Source of the DNA: Octopus vulgaris
Taxonomy: Eukaryota
Length of the DNA: 64,000 bases
Assembly: GCA_951406725.2 (NCBI GenBank)
Contig: OX597817.1
Span: 73,842,001 to 73,906,000, forward strand
Direction of reading: 5' to 3'
The notes beneath the pieces are model-generated. The model was not told where the DNA came from and searched no databases. It worked only from the letters and a program-made list of their open reading frames with translations. The position numbers and the translations under genes were made by a program. Each line of letters opens with the position of its first letter. Within the stretch, counting starts at the first letter, position 1. Below are positions 13,491 to 26,451 of the stretch, piece after piece.

Positions 13491-13910
13491 TGAACTTCTA
13501 CTGACAAACAGTAAAACTGAGAGATGGCCTAAGATATAATTGCAGTTATTGTTACAAGTGCAGCTGCAGCAGTTATTTTCACGGGGAAATTAATGAACTG
13601 GAAATATTAGAGCCTGAATTTTGCCTTAATTCAAAATTTAAATTTACTTCTCATTCTATACAAATGATGAACGATTTTCTCAGTGAGACTTTTCCTACGT
13701 GTATTTTTTTTTTATCCCACTCTCTTCCAAAACATCTTCTCCACAAAATACTGATAACCCAAATCATTCATCAATAGCTACAATTAGCTTCATACGTAAA
13801 CACCCTTTTTGCTAGAAACTTGTGTGATGTCATGGATATATTCTTAAAAATTTCACTGTCTGAATAAGCCCTTAAAGCGAAACTATGTCCCAGTCAAATC
13901 AAATCAAATC

Positions 13911-13986
<76 letters not shown>

Positions 13987-14404
13987 CGTATTTATATATT
14001 GAAACAAGTAAAAGATACAATATGTAAATATATATGCATATATAGCAGTCGATCACGTTATGCACTGACGTGCAGACACCGAAAGGGGAAAAAAATCAAC
14101 TGTTGACTCAGCATAATTAATTTGCTTGACTATTGAGAGAATTCATATTATTGATGGAAGTTTCTAATTTCTATAAATGTCTTCCAATCTGAATGTTCTC
14201 CAATCATTCTCTTAATTATGTTCTTTTATTATTCACAGACATATTAACTCATTTAATGATGAATTGATTTAAAGTAAACGAATAAAAAACACTTTGAATG
14301 TCACTATTTGTTTCTCATGTTTGTCCGTAATACTGGAGACAGTAAAGTGGACAATTGAAACAGATTGTGTTCTTTTTGTTTGTTTATTTGTTTATATTTT
14401 ATCT

Positions 14405-14590
14405 TTTAGTTGGTTCAGCCATTAGACTGCGGCCATTCTGGAGGCACTGCCTTGAAGAATTTTTAGTAGAATAAACCGACTTCAGTAATTTGTTTTTCTC
14501 CCTAAGATTGGTACTTACACCATCGTTCTCTTTTGCCGAACTGCTACGTTAAGGGTACGTTAAGCGATGGTGGGGGACAAACACACACTC
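14405..14590 (-). mobile_element. Family B SINE 3' part
   Basis: ttcagccattagactgcggcc...cttttgccgaactgcta...ggtgggggacaaac aligns with 33714-34124. Confidence 0.7.
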
Positions 14591-14596
14591 ATACAT

Positions 14597-14663
<67 letters not shown>

Positions 14664-15110
14664 ATGTATACACGTATCTTGTGTTTCGTGCTTCTAAATT
14701 TAAATTGTCCTTCATTGAATTTCTAATTCTCGGGAAGATGAACTTGTTTCGAGACTTGTTTTATAGTGGTTTTGTTCTGCATTGTATGCCATATATTGGT
14801 ATTTTTTTATTGTCCATAGTACTTGATTAAAGTTTCTAGTTTATGGACCATTTTGTGTTGCGTACGCTCAAACACGCGCGCGCGCGCGAGTAGCAAGGGT
14901 GGTCCAAGTCAAAGAGGGCACTTTCCATTGTGGTTTGGCTGACATTGTTTTCGTGGAGTTTCCCAGAGCTGCCCTCGGAAGTCTGTCCCCTTTGGGAAAT
15001 TATTGTTTGCTTGAATTTTTAAAAATTCTTTGTTTCTGATTTTTACTGCTTACACGCTGTTTTGCAACCCCACATTTTATGGATCTGTACCATTCTGGTC
15101 CATTTTATGC

Positions 15111-15166
<56 letters not shown>

Positions 15167-15194
15167 CATCAACATCAGCAGCAGCATAAAAGCA

Positions 15195-15826
15195 ACGAGC
15201 TGGCAGTATCGTCAGCGTGCCGGAGAAATTGCCTAGCGGCACTTCATCCGGCTTTACGTTCTGAGTTCGAACTCTGTCGAGCTCAACTTTGCCTTTCACC
15301 CTTTCGTAGTCGATAAATTAAGTACCAGTCAAGTACTGAATTCAATGAAATCGACTACATCCACCTCCAAAATTCCAGGCCTTGTGTCTATAGTAGAAAG
15401 GATTATGACTATTGTCGTTATATGCCAAAGGCGATGAGCTGGCAAAATCGTTAGCACGCCGGGCAAAATGCTTAGAGGTATTTCGTCTGCCGCTACGTTC
15501 TGAGTTCAAATTCCGCCGAGGTCGACTTTGCCTTTCATCCTTTCGGGGTCGATTAAATAATTACCAGTTACGCACTGGGGTCTATATAATTGACTTAATC
15601 TGTTTGTCTATCCTTGTTTGTCCTCTTTGTGTTTAGCCCCTTGTGGGTAGTAAAGAAATAGGTATTTCGTCGGTCTTTACGTTCTAAGTTCAAATTCTCG
15701 CGTGGTCGACTTTGCCTTTCATCCTTTCGGAGTCGAGAAATTAAGTAGCAGTTGCGTACTGGGGACGATGTAATCGACTAATTCCTCCCCGCAAATTTCA
15801 GACCTTGTGCCTTCAGTAGAAATGAT
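15195..15826 (+). mobile_element. Three consecutive family A SINEs
   Basis: Heads near 15195 and 15429, plus a 5'-truncated copy from ~15660. Each has gttctgagttc..gtcgactttgcctttcatcctttcg. Confidence 0.88.
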
Positions 15827-16288
15827 TGTTATTATGTTTGAACAGTGATTCTCAGAATCTATAGAGTACCGTGTATTAGAAACCATTATTATAGATATTG
15901 TTCATAAATTGTTTTCGTTAATACTGAGTTATTTTTTTAAATCGTTTTTAATTGGCATCGGATATTTCATCATAATTTGTTGTGATCGTATGTGTATGGA
16001 AAACTATCTTTACACCTTAAAAATCGAACAATTATTTCAATATTTACCAAGACAATGCTTTAGCTTTTTACTGATTTGGCTTTTCTAATAAAATGTTTAC
16101 CTTCATCTCTCACCTACAAACTCATTTACAAAAGAGAAACAAAAGAAAAAACCTCCAAAGAAAATGAACAGAGACTAAAAATCCAATAGAACTGGTAATG
16201 GAAAATACGAAATCGAGCTGAAGTATGTGGTGGGAAGCTTGTTAGGCTCTTAATTTCTTATTACTAATGAAATAGGAAGACTATATGA

Positions 16289-16289
<1 letters not shown>

Positions 16290-16322
<33 letters not shown>

Positions 16323-16425
16323 GTGTGTGTATATGTGCGTGTGTATATATATATGTGTGTGTCTATATATATATATGTGTGTGTGTGTGTATATATATAT
16401 ATGCATATCTATATATGCATATGTA

Positions 16426-16463
<38 letters not shown>

Positions 16464-16671
16464 CATACATATATATACACACATATATATATGCATACAT
16501 ATATACATACATATATATGCATATATATATATATATATATATATATTTATGTCCATATATATTAAGTACAGATATTATAAATATGTATATATACATGAAC
16601 ACATACGCGCGTGCGCACAAATACACATACACACATATCTATATATCTATATATATCTATTTAGCTATCTA

Positions 16672-16751
<80 letters not shown>

Positions 16752-16775
16752 CATCTAAATGCACACACACGCGCA

Positions 16776-16836
<61 letters not shown>

Positions 16837-16850
16837 TACGCAGACACACA
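16290..16850. repeat. Compound (TA)/(TG)/(CT)/(CA) microsatellite
   Basis: Directly visible. Confidence 0.95.
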
Positions 16851-17642
16851 CAAGACTCGGAAATTGTATTAAAAAAACCTGAGCCTAAAAATACAAGCAA
16901 ATTAAGAATTCTCCTGGCTGAGGAAACGTGAGAAAATTATATTCTTTGGTGGAATCAGCGTCAATGATTTTAATTCAGTAACGGTGATTGTGTGATTGTG
17001 TTCGCGCGTAGCCGGCGCATGCTGGTGTTCGTATGTATATTTGTGTGCTTGAGTGTGTTCGTGGTTTGTACAGTACGTACGCATGTATATGTTCGTTTTT
17101 GTGTAAGAATATATGCAGCTACATGCAGACATCACTAATGATTAAAAAAAGATATCTGATAAATTGTATGAGATGTGCAAGAAGAAAAACTAAAAATATA
17201 AAGCGACACTTAACCATGGGATCAATACTTGTATTTTTGTACATCCCACACACATATAAATAACATACTGAACAATAAATCAAACCATCCACTATCATTG
17301 CTATTCTATAAATTATCCGATTATTTACTCTAGTATACAGCTGATAATATATGAATGAGTAAATCAGTAAGTGCAACACAAAATATCTTTCGAAGAGCTG
17401 CTATCCTCCTGTAATGTCACACGACTTAAATCTTTCTTACAATAGCTCTGAATTCTAGAGAAAATCTGGAGTTTATCACTTAAAAATGAGAATATCGCAT
17501 TGGTAACACGAAAAGTAAGACACAGTATTGACTTGCAAACTTTTAATGTACTTGGTAGTATATTATGGTTGCAAAAATGAAATACTGTGTCTTTTCTAGT
17601 AATTAATATTTACGTACCATCTGTCAGTAATGTGTTTAATAT

Positions 17643-17876
17643 TAAGGCGGCGAGTTGGCAGAAACGTTAGCACGCCGGGTGAAATGCTTTGCAGTATTTC
17701 GTCTGCCGTTACGTTCTGAGTTCAAATTCCGTCGAGGTCGACTTTGCATTTCATCCTTTCGGGGTTGATTAAATAAGTACCAGTTACGCACTAGGGTCGA
17801 TGTAATCGACTTAATCCGTTTGTCTGTCCTTGTTTGTCCCCTCTGTGTGTAGCCCCTTGTGGGCACTAAAGAAATA
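17643..17876 (+). mobile_element. Full-length family A SINE with 17-bp TSD
   Basis: Complete head, core and tail. Identical flanks agtaatgtgtttaatat at 17626-17642 and 17877-17893. Confidence 0.93.
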
Positions 17877-17977
17877 AGTAATGTGTTTAATATGTAAATT
17901 GCTTTATTGAATAATGTTACACCGCTAAAATTAGTAGGCATTTAAGCAATGCGTTCGTGGGTAGTAGATGGGCTGGA

Positions 17978-18028
17978 TGTGGTCCTGATGAAAGATCAAT
18001 AACTCTTGAAATATGCATGTACAGTCAT
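17978..18028 (+). ncRNA. Minimal hammerhead motif with intact core and decayed stem I
   Basis: CTGATGA aaga-tcaataac-tctt GAAA tatgcat GTA. The stem I flanks (tggtc / cagtc) pair poorly. Confidence 0.55.
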
Positions 18029-18189
18029 TACATTTTTTTCTGTCTTTGATGGCATTGTTTACATAGAGGTATTCGTATACAAACTTCTATAACTTACAGT
18101 GCCAGCACTAAATTCTATATTTGTAAACCCCTCACCAATTAAAATAAAGAAATTAAATAATAAATACAACATGAAGACTAAATTTTTCT

Positions 18190-18553
18190 TCTATCTTTTA
18201 CTTGTTTCAGTCATTGAACAGCTGCCATTCTGAAGTACAGACTTGAAGAGTTTAGTCGAATAAATCGACCACAGTGCTTATTTTTTTTCAGAAGTTTGAT
18301 ACTTATTCTCTCTGTTTCTTTTGCCAAAATCCCTAGGTTACGGGGATGCGATCAAGCCAACATCGATTGTCAAACAGTATGGGTGTAGTGGGGTAAGAAA
18401 CACAGACACAAACACACAGTTTACATCCACCAAATTCACTCACAGAGCATTCCTCGGAACTATAGTAGATGTTTGTCCAAGATATCATGCTGTAAGATTG
18501 AACCTAAAACCATGTAGTTGCGAAGCGAGATTCTTAACCACACAGCCATGCCT
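18190..18553 (-). mobile_element. Family B SINE, diverged
   Basis: tcttttacttgtttcagtcatt...cttaaccacacagccatgcct. Confidence 0.8.
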
Positions 18554-18919
18554 ACGTTTATGTTACAAAAAAAATATATTTTCATCAAAAATAATAAATG
18601 GCCCTGATAGCATCGATTAGTATATTCGTCTATTGTGTATATTACATAAAGTACTGGGAACGCCCTCGCACACCTGTGTGAATGGATTACTCGTAAATAT
18701 GTTTATATGCATACGTTTATAAAGCTACATTTAACCGAGCTAAACGGGCGGAGTAGATAATCCCGGTGAGCCGTCAATAGCTACGCGAAACTGGTTCAGC
18801 TTTTTTTCTATTCGCTCTGCAAAGAAATTTTCGGTTCAACCACTGGCTATATTTACATAGTGAAACTAACTGTGTGTGTGTATGCATGCATTCGTATTCG
18901 TATATATATATATACGCGC

Positions 18920-18961
<42 letters not shown>

Positions 18962-19118
18962 TTGTGTGTGTGTGTGTGTGTCTGCCTGTCCGTACATATG
19001 TATATATGCGGTTGTGTCTATGTACGTATAGGCATCTAGGCTATTCAAATATAATGGTATGTGCCCCCGTACGTGCTATATACTGTACGAGTTTCAGGTA
19101 TGAGTGTAATTCTGTTTG

Positions 19119-19299
<181 letters not shown>

Positions 19300-19685
19300 G
19301 CATGTATGTATGCGTATTTATGCATGTATGTATATATATTCATGTGTATATATATGTGTATATATAATCGACAAGTGTGTGTATATTAAAGTTTCATAAT
19401 TGAAGAAAGCTTCCTAAATTCCCATATAAACCCAATGCTATTATTTCGTGTTATAAACTATTTATTATCTTAGCAATTTCTGCCACGTCAGTCTGATAAA
19501 TATCTATTTATTTCATGCCAAGTATGTTATACTATTGCAATTACTTACTGACACCAGCTAGAATTTGCACTGCTCTCTCTCTCTCTGCCTCCCCTCTCTC
19601 TCTTTCTCTCTCTTTTCATTCCTTCTATCTCTTTCACATTCTCTCTCTCGCGCACACTCTCTCAAGCCTCCATCGTAGTTTACAG

Positions 19686-20150
19686 CAACCTCTGCCAGCA
19701 TCGTTATCCCAGTGTACCATGCCGGCACCACTGCAGCCAATATTATCAGCCCTCACCATCATCAACAACTGCGACAGCAAGAACAAGACCATCAACGCCA
19801 GCAGCTCTTCCATCTTTACCATAGCCGCCACCTCTTCCAGCACCATCATCGTTATCACGGCCGCTTTAAACAAACCCGAGTTGATAAGATGCATGACAAC
19901 AGCCAAATCTGCTTCAAACTGCAACATCCCTATTCAAGAAAGAGGAGCACATTAGATAATGTCATCTAAGATATGCTATGCCTGAAAATGAATGATAGGC
20001 TTGAAAGTTTGGAACTGGTTAATAAGAGCCAATCTGAAGTTGAACAACAACAACCATAAGAAAAGGAATCGCCAAGGAAACATATATCTGATACACAAGC
20101 CAGTATAGGAGCATCTGCATCCGTAGTATCAAACTCATTTGGCTTATCAG
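19686..20150 (+). other. Candidate exon (UTR or His/Gln-rich coding)
   Basis: Long CT tract, then tttacag| acceptor, non-repeat GC-richer sequence and cag|gttgga weak donor. One frame reads ...SPHHHQQLRQQEQDHQRQQ...; no frame is open throughout. Confidence 0.3.
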
Positions 20151-20264
20151 GTTGGATTGAAGCATAAATTAGGCCTCACGGGTTGGATGGGGAATTTTTC
20201 TATAAGCTTGAAACGAGTCCGGTTTAAGCATTTCTGCTGGCGGTACTTCTTTCTTTCATTTATC

Positions 20265-20460
20265 TATTTCAGTTATTGGACCGAGCCTGGGATTTTGCCT
20301 TGAATGGTTTACTTGAATAAATAGACTTCAGTACTTAATTTTAAAGTCTGACACTTACTCCATCCGGGTTTTTCGCCGATCCGCTAAGTTATGGGGATGT
20401 ATACAAAGCAACGGCAGTTGTCAAGCGACGGTGAGAGTAACATGCACACACACATACAAA
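20265..20460 (-). mobile_element. Family B SINE 3' fragment
   Basis: ttttcgccgatccgctaagttatggggatgtata...gttgtcaagcgacggtg. Confidence 0.6.
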
Positions 20461-20720
20461 GTGGCCCAAAATTCCTGTGCCATTTAATGCATACATATAT
20501 GATGAATAGTTGCTTGAATGGGCCACCTTATATATATATATATATATATATGTATAAGTTCAGCAAAATTTAGATTCAAATGAATATGCTACTTAAGTCA
20601 GATGCACCAGTATTGCTCAACATTTTAAACCTGTTGTAATACTTACAATGTTTAATAAAATGATGTAGCGTGAAACGATCATACCAAATTACCGAAGATA
20701 TTCTTGTTGCTTATTTTGAT

Positions 20721-20785
<65 letters not shown>

Positions 20786-20826
20786 ATATATATATGTATA
20801 TATATATATATACACATACATATATA

Positions 20827-20871
<45 letters not shown>

Positions 20872-20876
20872 TTATG

Positions 20877-20938
<62 letters not shown>

Positions 20939-21004
20939 TAAATATGTATATATTTATATATATATATATGTATGTATATATATATATATGAATAAATATG
21001 TATA

Positions 21005-21042
<38 letters not shown>

Positions 21043-21106
21043 AACATTTTCAGAATGAGATAACAAACCAAGGCTGTGAAGATTTTAGAACATTTATAAA
21101 TAGAAG

Positions 21107-21154
21107 GTCTTACAGCTGTTTCCATGATATTTATTATATCCCTTTATCGGAGAC
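21107..21154 (-). ncRNA. Degenerate minimal hammerhead motif
   Basis: gtct CCGATAA agggatat-aataa-atatcatg GAAA cagctG TA agac: stem I 4 bp, palindromic stem III, two core substitutions. Confidence 0.6.
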
Positions 21155-21649
21155 TGTGTGAGAGAATGGTTAAGCAATAGTTAATTTAGATAAGATACGA
21201 AATAGTGAGAGAAATGGAGGAATTAAAATAGATGTGAAATATGCAAGAATATTGCATTTGTAGATCCATTAGTTAGGCAGAGTGGCATACATTTAAAATT
21301 CCAATACCTTGTGAGTAAATTCCAATACTATTTAAAATTGGTCATTGTAAATTCCAGTAGAGTTTAAAATTGATCATTCCAAGTGACTTTAAATAAAACT
21401 CTCGATTCAATAACACTGTATACAAACTCTGTACTTGGAATCATATTTTCATCATGATAATAAATTGTAACATAAACGCGAGACAAAGCGTTGTGAGGTA
21501 ATGTTAGGCAATTCAGTCTACCCTCAGCATTTATAGTTTATTTAATCGACCCCAAAATAATGAAAGCAAAGGTGACCTCGGTGTGATACGAACCTAGGAT
21601 GTAAAGAACCGGCAAAATACTAAAGGACATTTTATTCGAAGATTTAGTG

Positions 21650-22360
21650 ATTTTATTAAACAACCTCGTAAAACGGCGGGCTGTTAGAATCGTTAGTACA
21701 CCAGACAAAATCCTTACCGGCATGGCATTCTCTTTGTTTTACTTTCTGAGTAAAAAATCCACCTAGGTCGACTTTGCTGTTATACTCTCGGGGTTCGATA
21801 AAATAAGTACCAGTGAAACACTCGGGTCGATGTACTCAAGTATCTCCTGTACCCAAAATGTCAAGTCTTGTGCCTACAGCAATAAGGATTATCAAATAAT
21901 CTTGCAAGGCGGCGAGCTGACAGAATCGGTTGCATACCGGACAAAGTATTTTGCAGCATTTCGTCTGTATTACTTTCTGAGTTCAAATTCTACCCAGGTC
22001 GACTTTGGCATTCATACTTTCGGGGTCGATAAAATAAGTAACCGTTGTGCACTAGAGTCGATGTAATTGACTTAGCACCACCTCCAAAATTGCTGGCCTT
22101 GCACCAAAATTTGAAACTGATATTATGAAACAACCACGTAAGGCGGCGAGTTGGCAGAATCGTTAGTGTGCCAAGCAAAAATTTTTAGCAGCATTTCGTC
22201 TGTTTTATGTTCTGAGATCAAATTCTGCCGAGGTCGACCGTCTTTTATCCTTTCGGTTTCAATGAAAAAAGTACCAGTTGAGCAACGGGGTCGATATAAT
22301 CCCCTTCAACGAAATTGCTGGCCTTGTGCCAAAAGTTGAAACCATTATTAAACAACCTCA
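21650..22360 (+). mobile_element. Tandem array of three family A SINE units (~235 bp)
   Basis: Heads near 21672, 21907 and 22141, each preceded by a related spacer aaacaacctcgtaa, which recurs after the third unit. Confidence 0.82.
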
Positions 22361-23315
22361 CATCCATCACCATTAATTGTTTCTAAAGTCTTACATTGCC
22401 ATAATAATAACGATTATCATATCAGAGTAGACAGTTGTTTCTAGCAGCAATTATTATATTATACCATTATTTAATAATAGGTGTTATTTAGAAACATTTG
22501 TGTTGCCAAAGTTTGGTGTGGTGGTTGGTATGAACAAAGGAACACAAACAAACAAGCAAACAAAGCACAGACGAAAACCTCTAGTTCTTTATGTCAATAT
22601 TATTAATTGCTGTAGAAAATAAAAATTAAATAAAATTAATGTCTTTGCTTGACATGGGAGCAATAGAAATGCAAAAATTTCAAATCATCTGACGAAGACA
22701 CATACGTTGAGACGTCTATTGTTTAAAACAAAATACAAAGATGAAATAAAATTACGAAGTACGTATGGTTTCATACATACACACACACAAATATGTTTGA
22801 TTCTGTGTATGTATTATTATATATATACATATACACACATACATGCATATACATACGCACATCCATATATATGTACATACTTATACTTATGAATGTGTGT
22901 GTATGCCTGACTGAATGATTAAAAACCAAGAGATTTGGTTTCGATCCTACGGCTAGGCATCTTGGTCAAAGGTCTTACCACCATTTCGGATTCACCCAAG
23001 CCTTATGTGAATTTGCGAAGCAGCAGAATGCTCACTAGCATGAAATATTTACCTCCATGTTATAAATTTTTGTTGTTGGGCATACCTCATGTTAGTTTCA
23101 TCAGCCTAACTCTTCTGTGTTGGCTTGGAGAATTTTGCAAGAGGGTTATTAGATTTGGAGGTTTCCTTCTCCTAGCTTGTATTAAAAGGGTACTAAATTT
23201 GAAGTTTCCCTTCTAGATTGTATTAAAAGGGTATTGATTTTTGAGTTTTCTTTCTCCTGGATTGATTGCTTCCAGCGCAGCGAAGGGACTCAATCTTTCC
23301 TTACAAAAAATTATT

Positions 23316-23466
23316 TACCAATACCCTGACAGGTACTACCGTTCCGGGTCAAAACGGATCTGGGAATAATGGTAATTATGGGATGACTGCACGCTCCCTA
23401 CAATTTCAGAACTCTCGAACTGGAGTCTCACTACCAGATGCAGTTTAATGTAATATTCAGGACACG
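23316..23466. mobile_element. Interspersed repeat fragment (probable SINE body)
   Basis: ggtactaccgttccgggtca...gaactggagtctcactaccagatgcagtttaatgt recalled as a common octopus repeat; single copy in this window. Confidence 0.4.
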
Positions 23467-24329
23467 ATGAAATATACTTTACTTCAAAACTTCAGTCTTG
23501 CCTCACTATCACACTGACTCTACTTTGGAATTATATTATGAGTACAAATGTTTGAGGAATACTCAGCCACTTCCGTATGTTAATTCAATAAGGAGGTCGT
23601 CCCCTTCATCAAACAACTGGCCGCTTGTCTTTCAAAATAAACGAGAGATTTCGCTGTATGTGTGTGTATGTGTAAGATAATTTTATACGCACTGAGAGTG
23701 CTCTGTAGTTGTTGTCCAGATGAGTTGCACAGCGCGTAACAATGCCAGTATATATATATGAAACAATTCAAAGATATATTAAATTGATAGCTGTATGTAC
23801 TCAACGTTTTGAACCGCTGAGGAGATGGAATCAGCAAACGAAACACATCGTCGTATGGGGTAAACTTATGTGCGTGTGGTAAAGTGGGAGAGGTAAAAAA
23901 AAATCACAACTGATGAATTCTTGTTATTTAACCCAACAGATCAGACTTAATCACGTAGACCTTCGATCAAAGATTTTCTAGCCAAATACCGTCCGTCTGA
24001 TTATAATTTCAGGACTACGTTATTTAGTGTGTCCATTTTTTTTTTCAAGTATTAAGGTGTTATTTCAGCGCTTGGATTTCTATGTACTAGATGGATAATT
24101 TCATGTCTATTGTGAAGTCTCTACAAAGGCTTAGAGAGTCCTACTGTATTTAAGAATATCTTGATATTTGGGGTGTCCTGATCTAGGGTTGTGGAATTTT
24201 TTCCTGCATTATATTTATATGAATGCCTTGTGAGAAAGACAGTTCCCATGATAATATTATTCAAGTTATCATTTATATACTGCTGGCTGTGTAGAGTTTT
24301 ATGTTATATATAATATAACATAATTGTTA

Positions 24330-24397
24330 TCCTCGGTGGTATAATTGTAACACCGCCTGCCACGCAGGAGTCAGGGATTCAATATCCCACCGAGAAG
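24330..24397 (+). pseudogene. tRNA-Asp-derived pseudogene
   Basis: tcctcggtggtataattg..ccgcctgccacgcaggagtcagggattcaatatcccaccgagaag aligns to eukaryotic tRNA-Asp(GTC). D arm damaged; anticodon now reads GCC. Confidence 0.6.
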
Positions 24398-24410
24398 GTT
24401 CTTTATTCCA

Positions 24411-24530
24411 GGGCGCAGGTATAGTTGTGCAGTTAAAAAGTTCGCCTCCCAACCACACGGTTTCTAGTTCTGTTACACTACGAGGCACGCTGAGCGTGTG
24501 TCTTCTACTATAACCTCGGGCCGACCGATA
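24411..24530 (+). mobile_element. Family B SINE 5' part
   Basis: gggcgcaggtatagttgtg...cctcccaaccacacggtt...tgtcttctactataacctcgggccgacc. Confidence 0.75.
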
Positions 24531-24639
24531 ATATGTGAAATTTGTGATTTTGGTTGGCAGATACTGCTTTGATGCACTATCCACCTATATATATATGGCA
24601 AATGAAAGACGAAAAATGGAATATACGGGAATTTATTAT

Positions 24640-25720
24640 TTATCACGACAATTGTTTCGACACATCTAGCATCGATTCCTCATGGGTGGAACACTCAACA
24701 ACTGGTTCAAAAGCATCCGGCGGTGCAGATGTATCTTGTCAGGTGATAAATAAATACAACTCATTAAAATAACTGTTCCGCAATGTAACTTTCCATTTTG
24801 TTGAAAGAGAAGCAGCCAGACAGAGGAAATATAATTATTTATATAAAAGATCAAAAATAAAATCACAGATGAGAAAAAGAGAAACGAACACGCAATCCAG
24901 CGAGAAAAGTATTAAAAATAACCGTTAACAAATACGGATGTATAAACGCCATCGGGCAAACTGCATGGCGCGAGTACACTCGCTCATACAAGCATCCTCA
25001 AAAATGTGAGCATACTCAGACGTGAGGTTTGGTGTACTCATGATCACAAAGCGAGTTAGCTATCTACTTGATATTTGTAAGAATGGGGAGGTTAATAGTA
25101 AACTTAAGTTATCCATACATTAATGTAAATTAAATTATGTTAACGGTTACTCAAAATTCATTTCCACTGCATTGTACGAAAGTACATTTATAAGCGTGTA
25201 GGCATCTCGAGAGTTGTCCAGAAATTCTATTGATGATCTCGTTAGTCTACAGAATAGACAGAGATTCATCGGAGCAGAGACTGCCTCTCCTGCAAATTAT
25301 ATTGTATGGTTTCGCGTACTTTACTATGGACCAGTTAATGTTGCTCGTCATTTTATCCTCCTTCAGTCGCTATACAATATCTGCCAAAGATGTTTAATGT
25401 CTCTTACGATAGTCTTAAAACTGGCAACATGGTTACGATAACGATTCTTAAATGAATCAGCCGTCTGCCCAATGTAAACATACGGTACATTTATATACAA
25501 GATTTGTACTTATACAGAGATTCATCAAAGGACATTTTGATTTTTCTCTGCATGAGCATTTATCGTATTTATTTGTATATAAGTTAGTCCCGACTCCATT
25601 TGCCGGTGTCGTTACCGTGTTAGCTATATCATAATTATTTCCACTACTACAAATTGATCGTAATTGGTGTTTATCATTGCGGTTTACATCTCCTTGGTTG
25701 GTATTGCTTACTTGCAATGC
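24640..25720 (-). mobile_element. Penelope-like element 3' part: GIY-YIG endonuclease pseudogene plus pLTR with hammerhead relic
   Basis: CSCREKSKCPLMNLCISTNLVYKCTV, then after a frameshift YVYIGQTADSFKNRYRNHVASF...INWSIVKYAKPY...CLH. Downstream ATGAGGA...GAAA caattG TC at 24643-24689. Confidence 0.85.
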
Positions 25721-26451
25721 TACACAGCCAAACTAGCTCATAATGGGAAAATACTATGAAATCAGTAGCTCCTGAAATGTTAATACGAACGGATTAAAAC
25801 AAGTTTTGCGTGAATCAGACCAGAAGTTATTGAGATATTCGGGATTTAGGGGTATAAATACCCAAAACGGTGGATAATGGGAAAATATTCCGAATATAGC
25901 TTCATCCTTAAATGGAAGAAACTCTAACCTTTCAATTAGATACAGTAACTTGACAACGAAAACATACGATTTACTTTTTACAGTAAATGTTTCTATTTTC
26001 GCTTTTGTTAAACACAATATTTTGATCATTCAGAAATATTTTTAAGTGAATGCGATTTCAAAAGTGTAAGTTGTTTATACAGTATTTATATTTTAGCTTT
26101 CTTTAAACAGGCAATATTTTAATGTTTTTAAAAGTATTTTCAAGTGAATACCATTACAAAAATTTTTTTAGCATATTTAAAAAATGTATCAAAGTGAAAA
26201 TGACTTTAAAAATACGGTAAATATTTCGTAAAAGACCTGTTTGTAATCTCACTGTGAAATAATTTTTTCCATAGGTTCTTTTTTCTAGTGCATTCAACGT
26301 ATCTCTCCTCCAAAGATCTGGCTGCTATTTCTAGGTAACAGCCATTTGCGATAAAGGACCCGAAATACCTGTTATGCGGTAGCAGGGCGTTCAAGAAATA
26401 GCCTAAATTTTACTTTTCCGAGGAAAAGAGCCGTTTACGCGTGATTTCGGC

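Noticed and set aside
14873-14890. (CG)n runs here and at 55040 as Z-DNA elements
   Set aside because: They are short and typical of microsatellite junctions; there is no evidence of function.
21650-22360. Repeat-spacer pattern as a CRISPR array
   Set aside because: The units are ~235-bp SINEs, the context is eukaryotic, and there are no cas genes.
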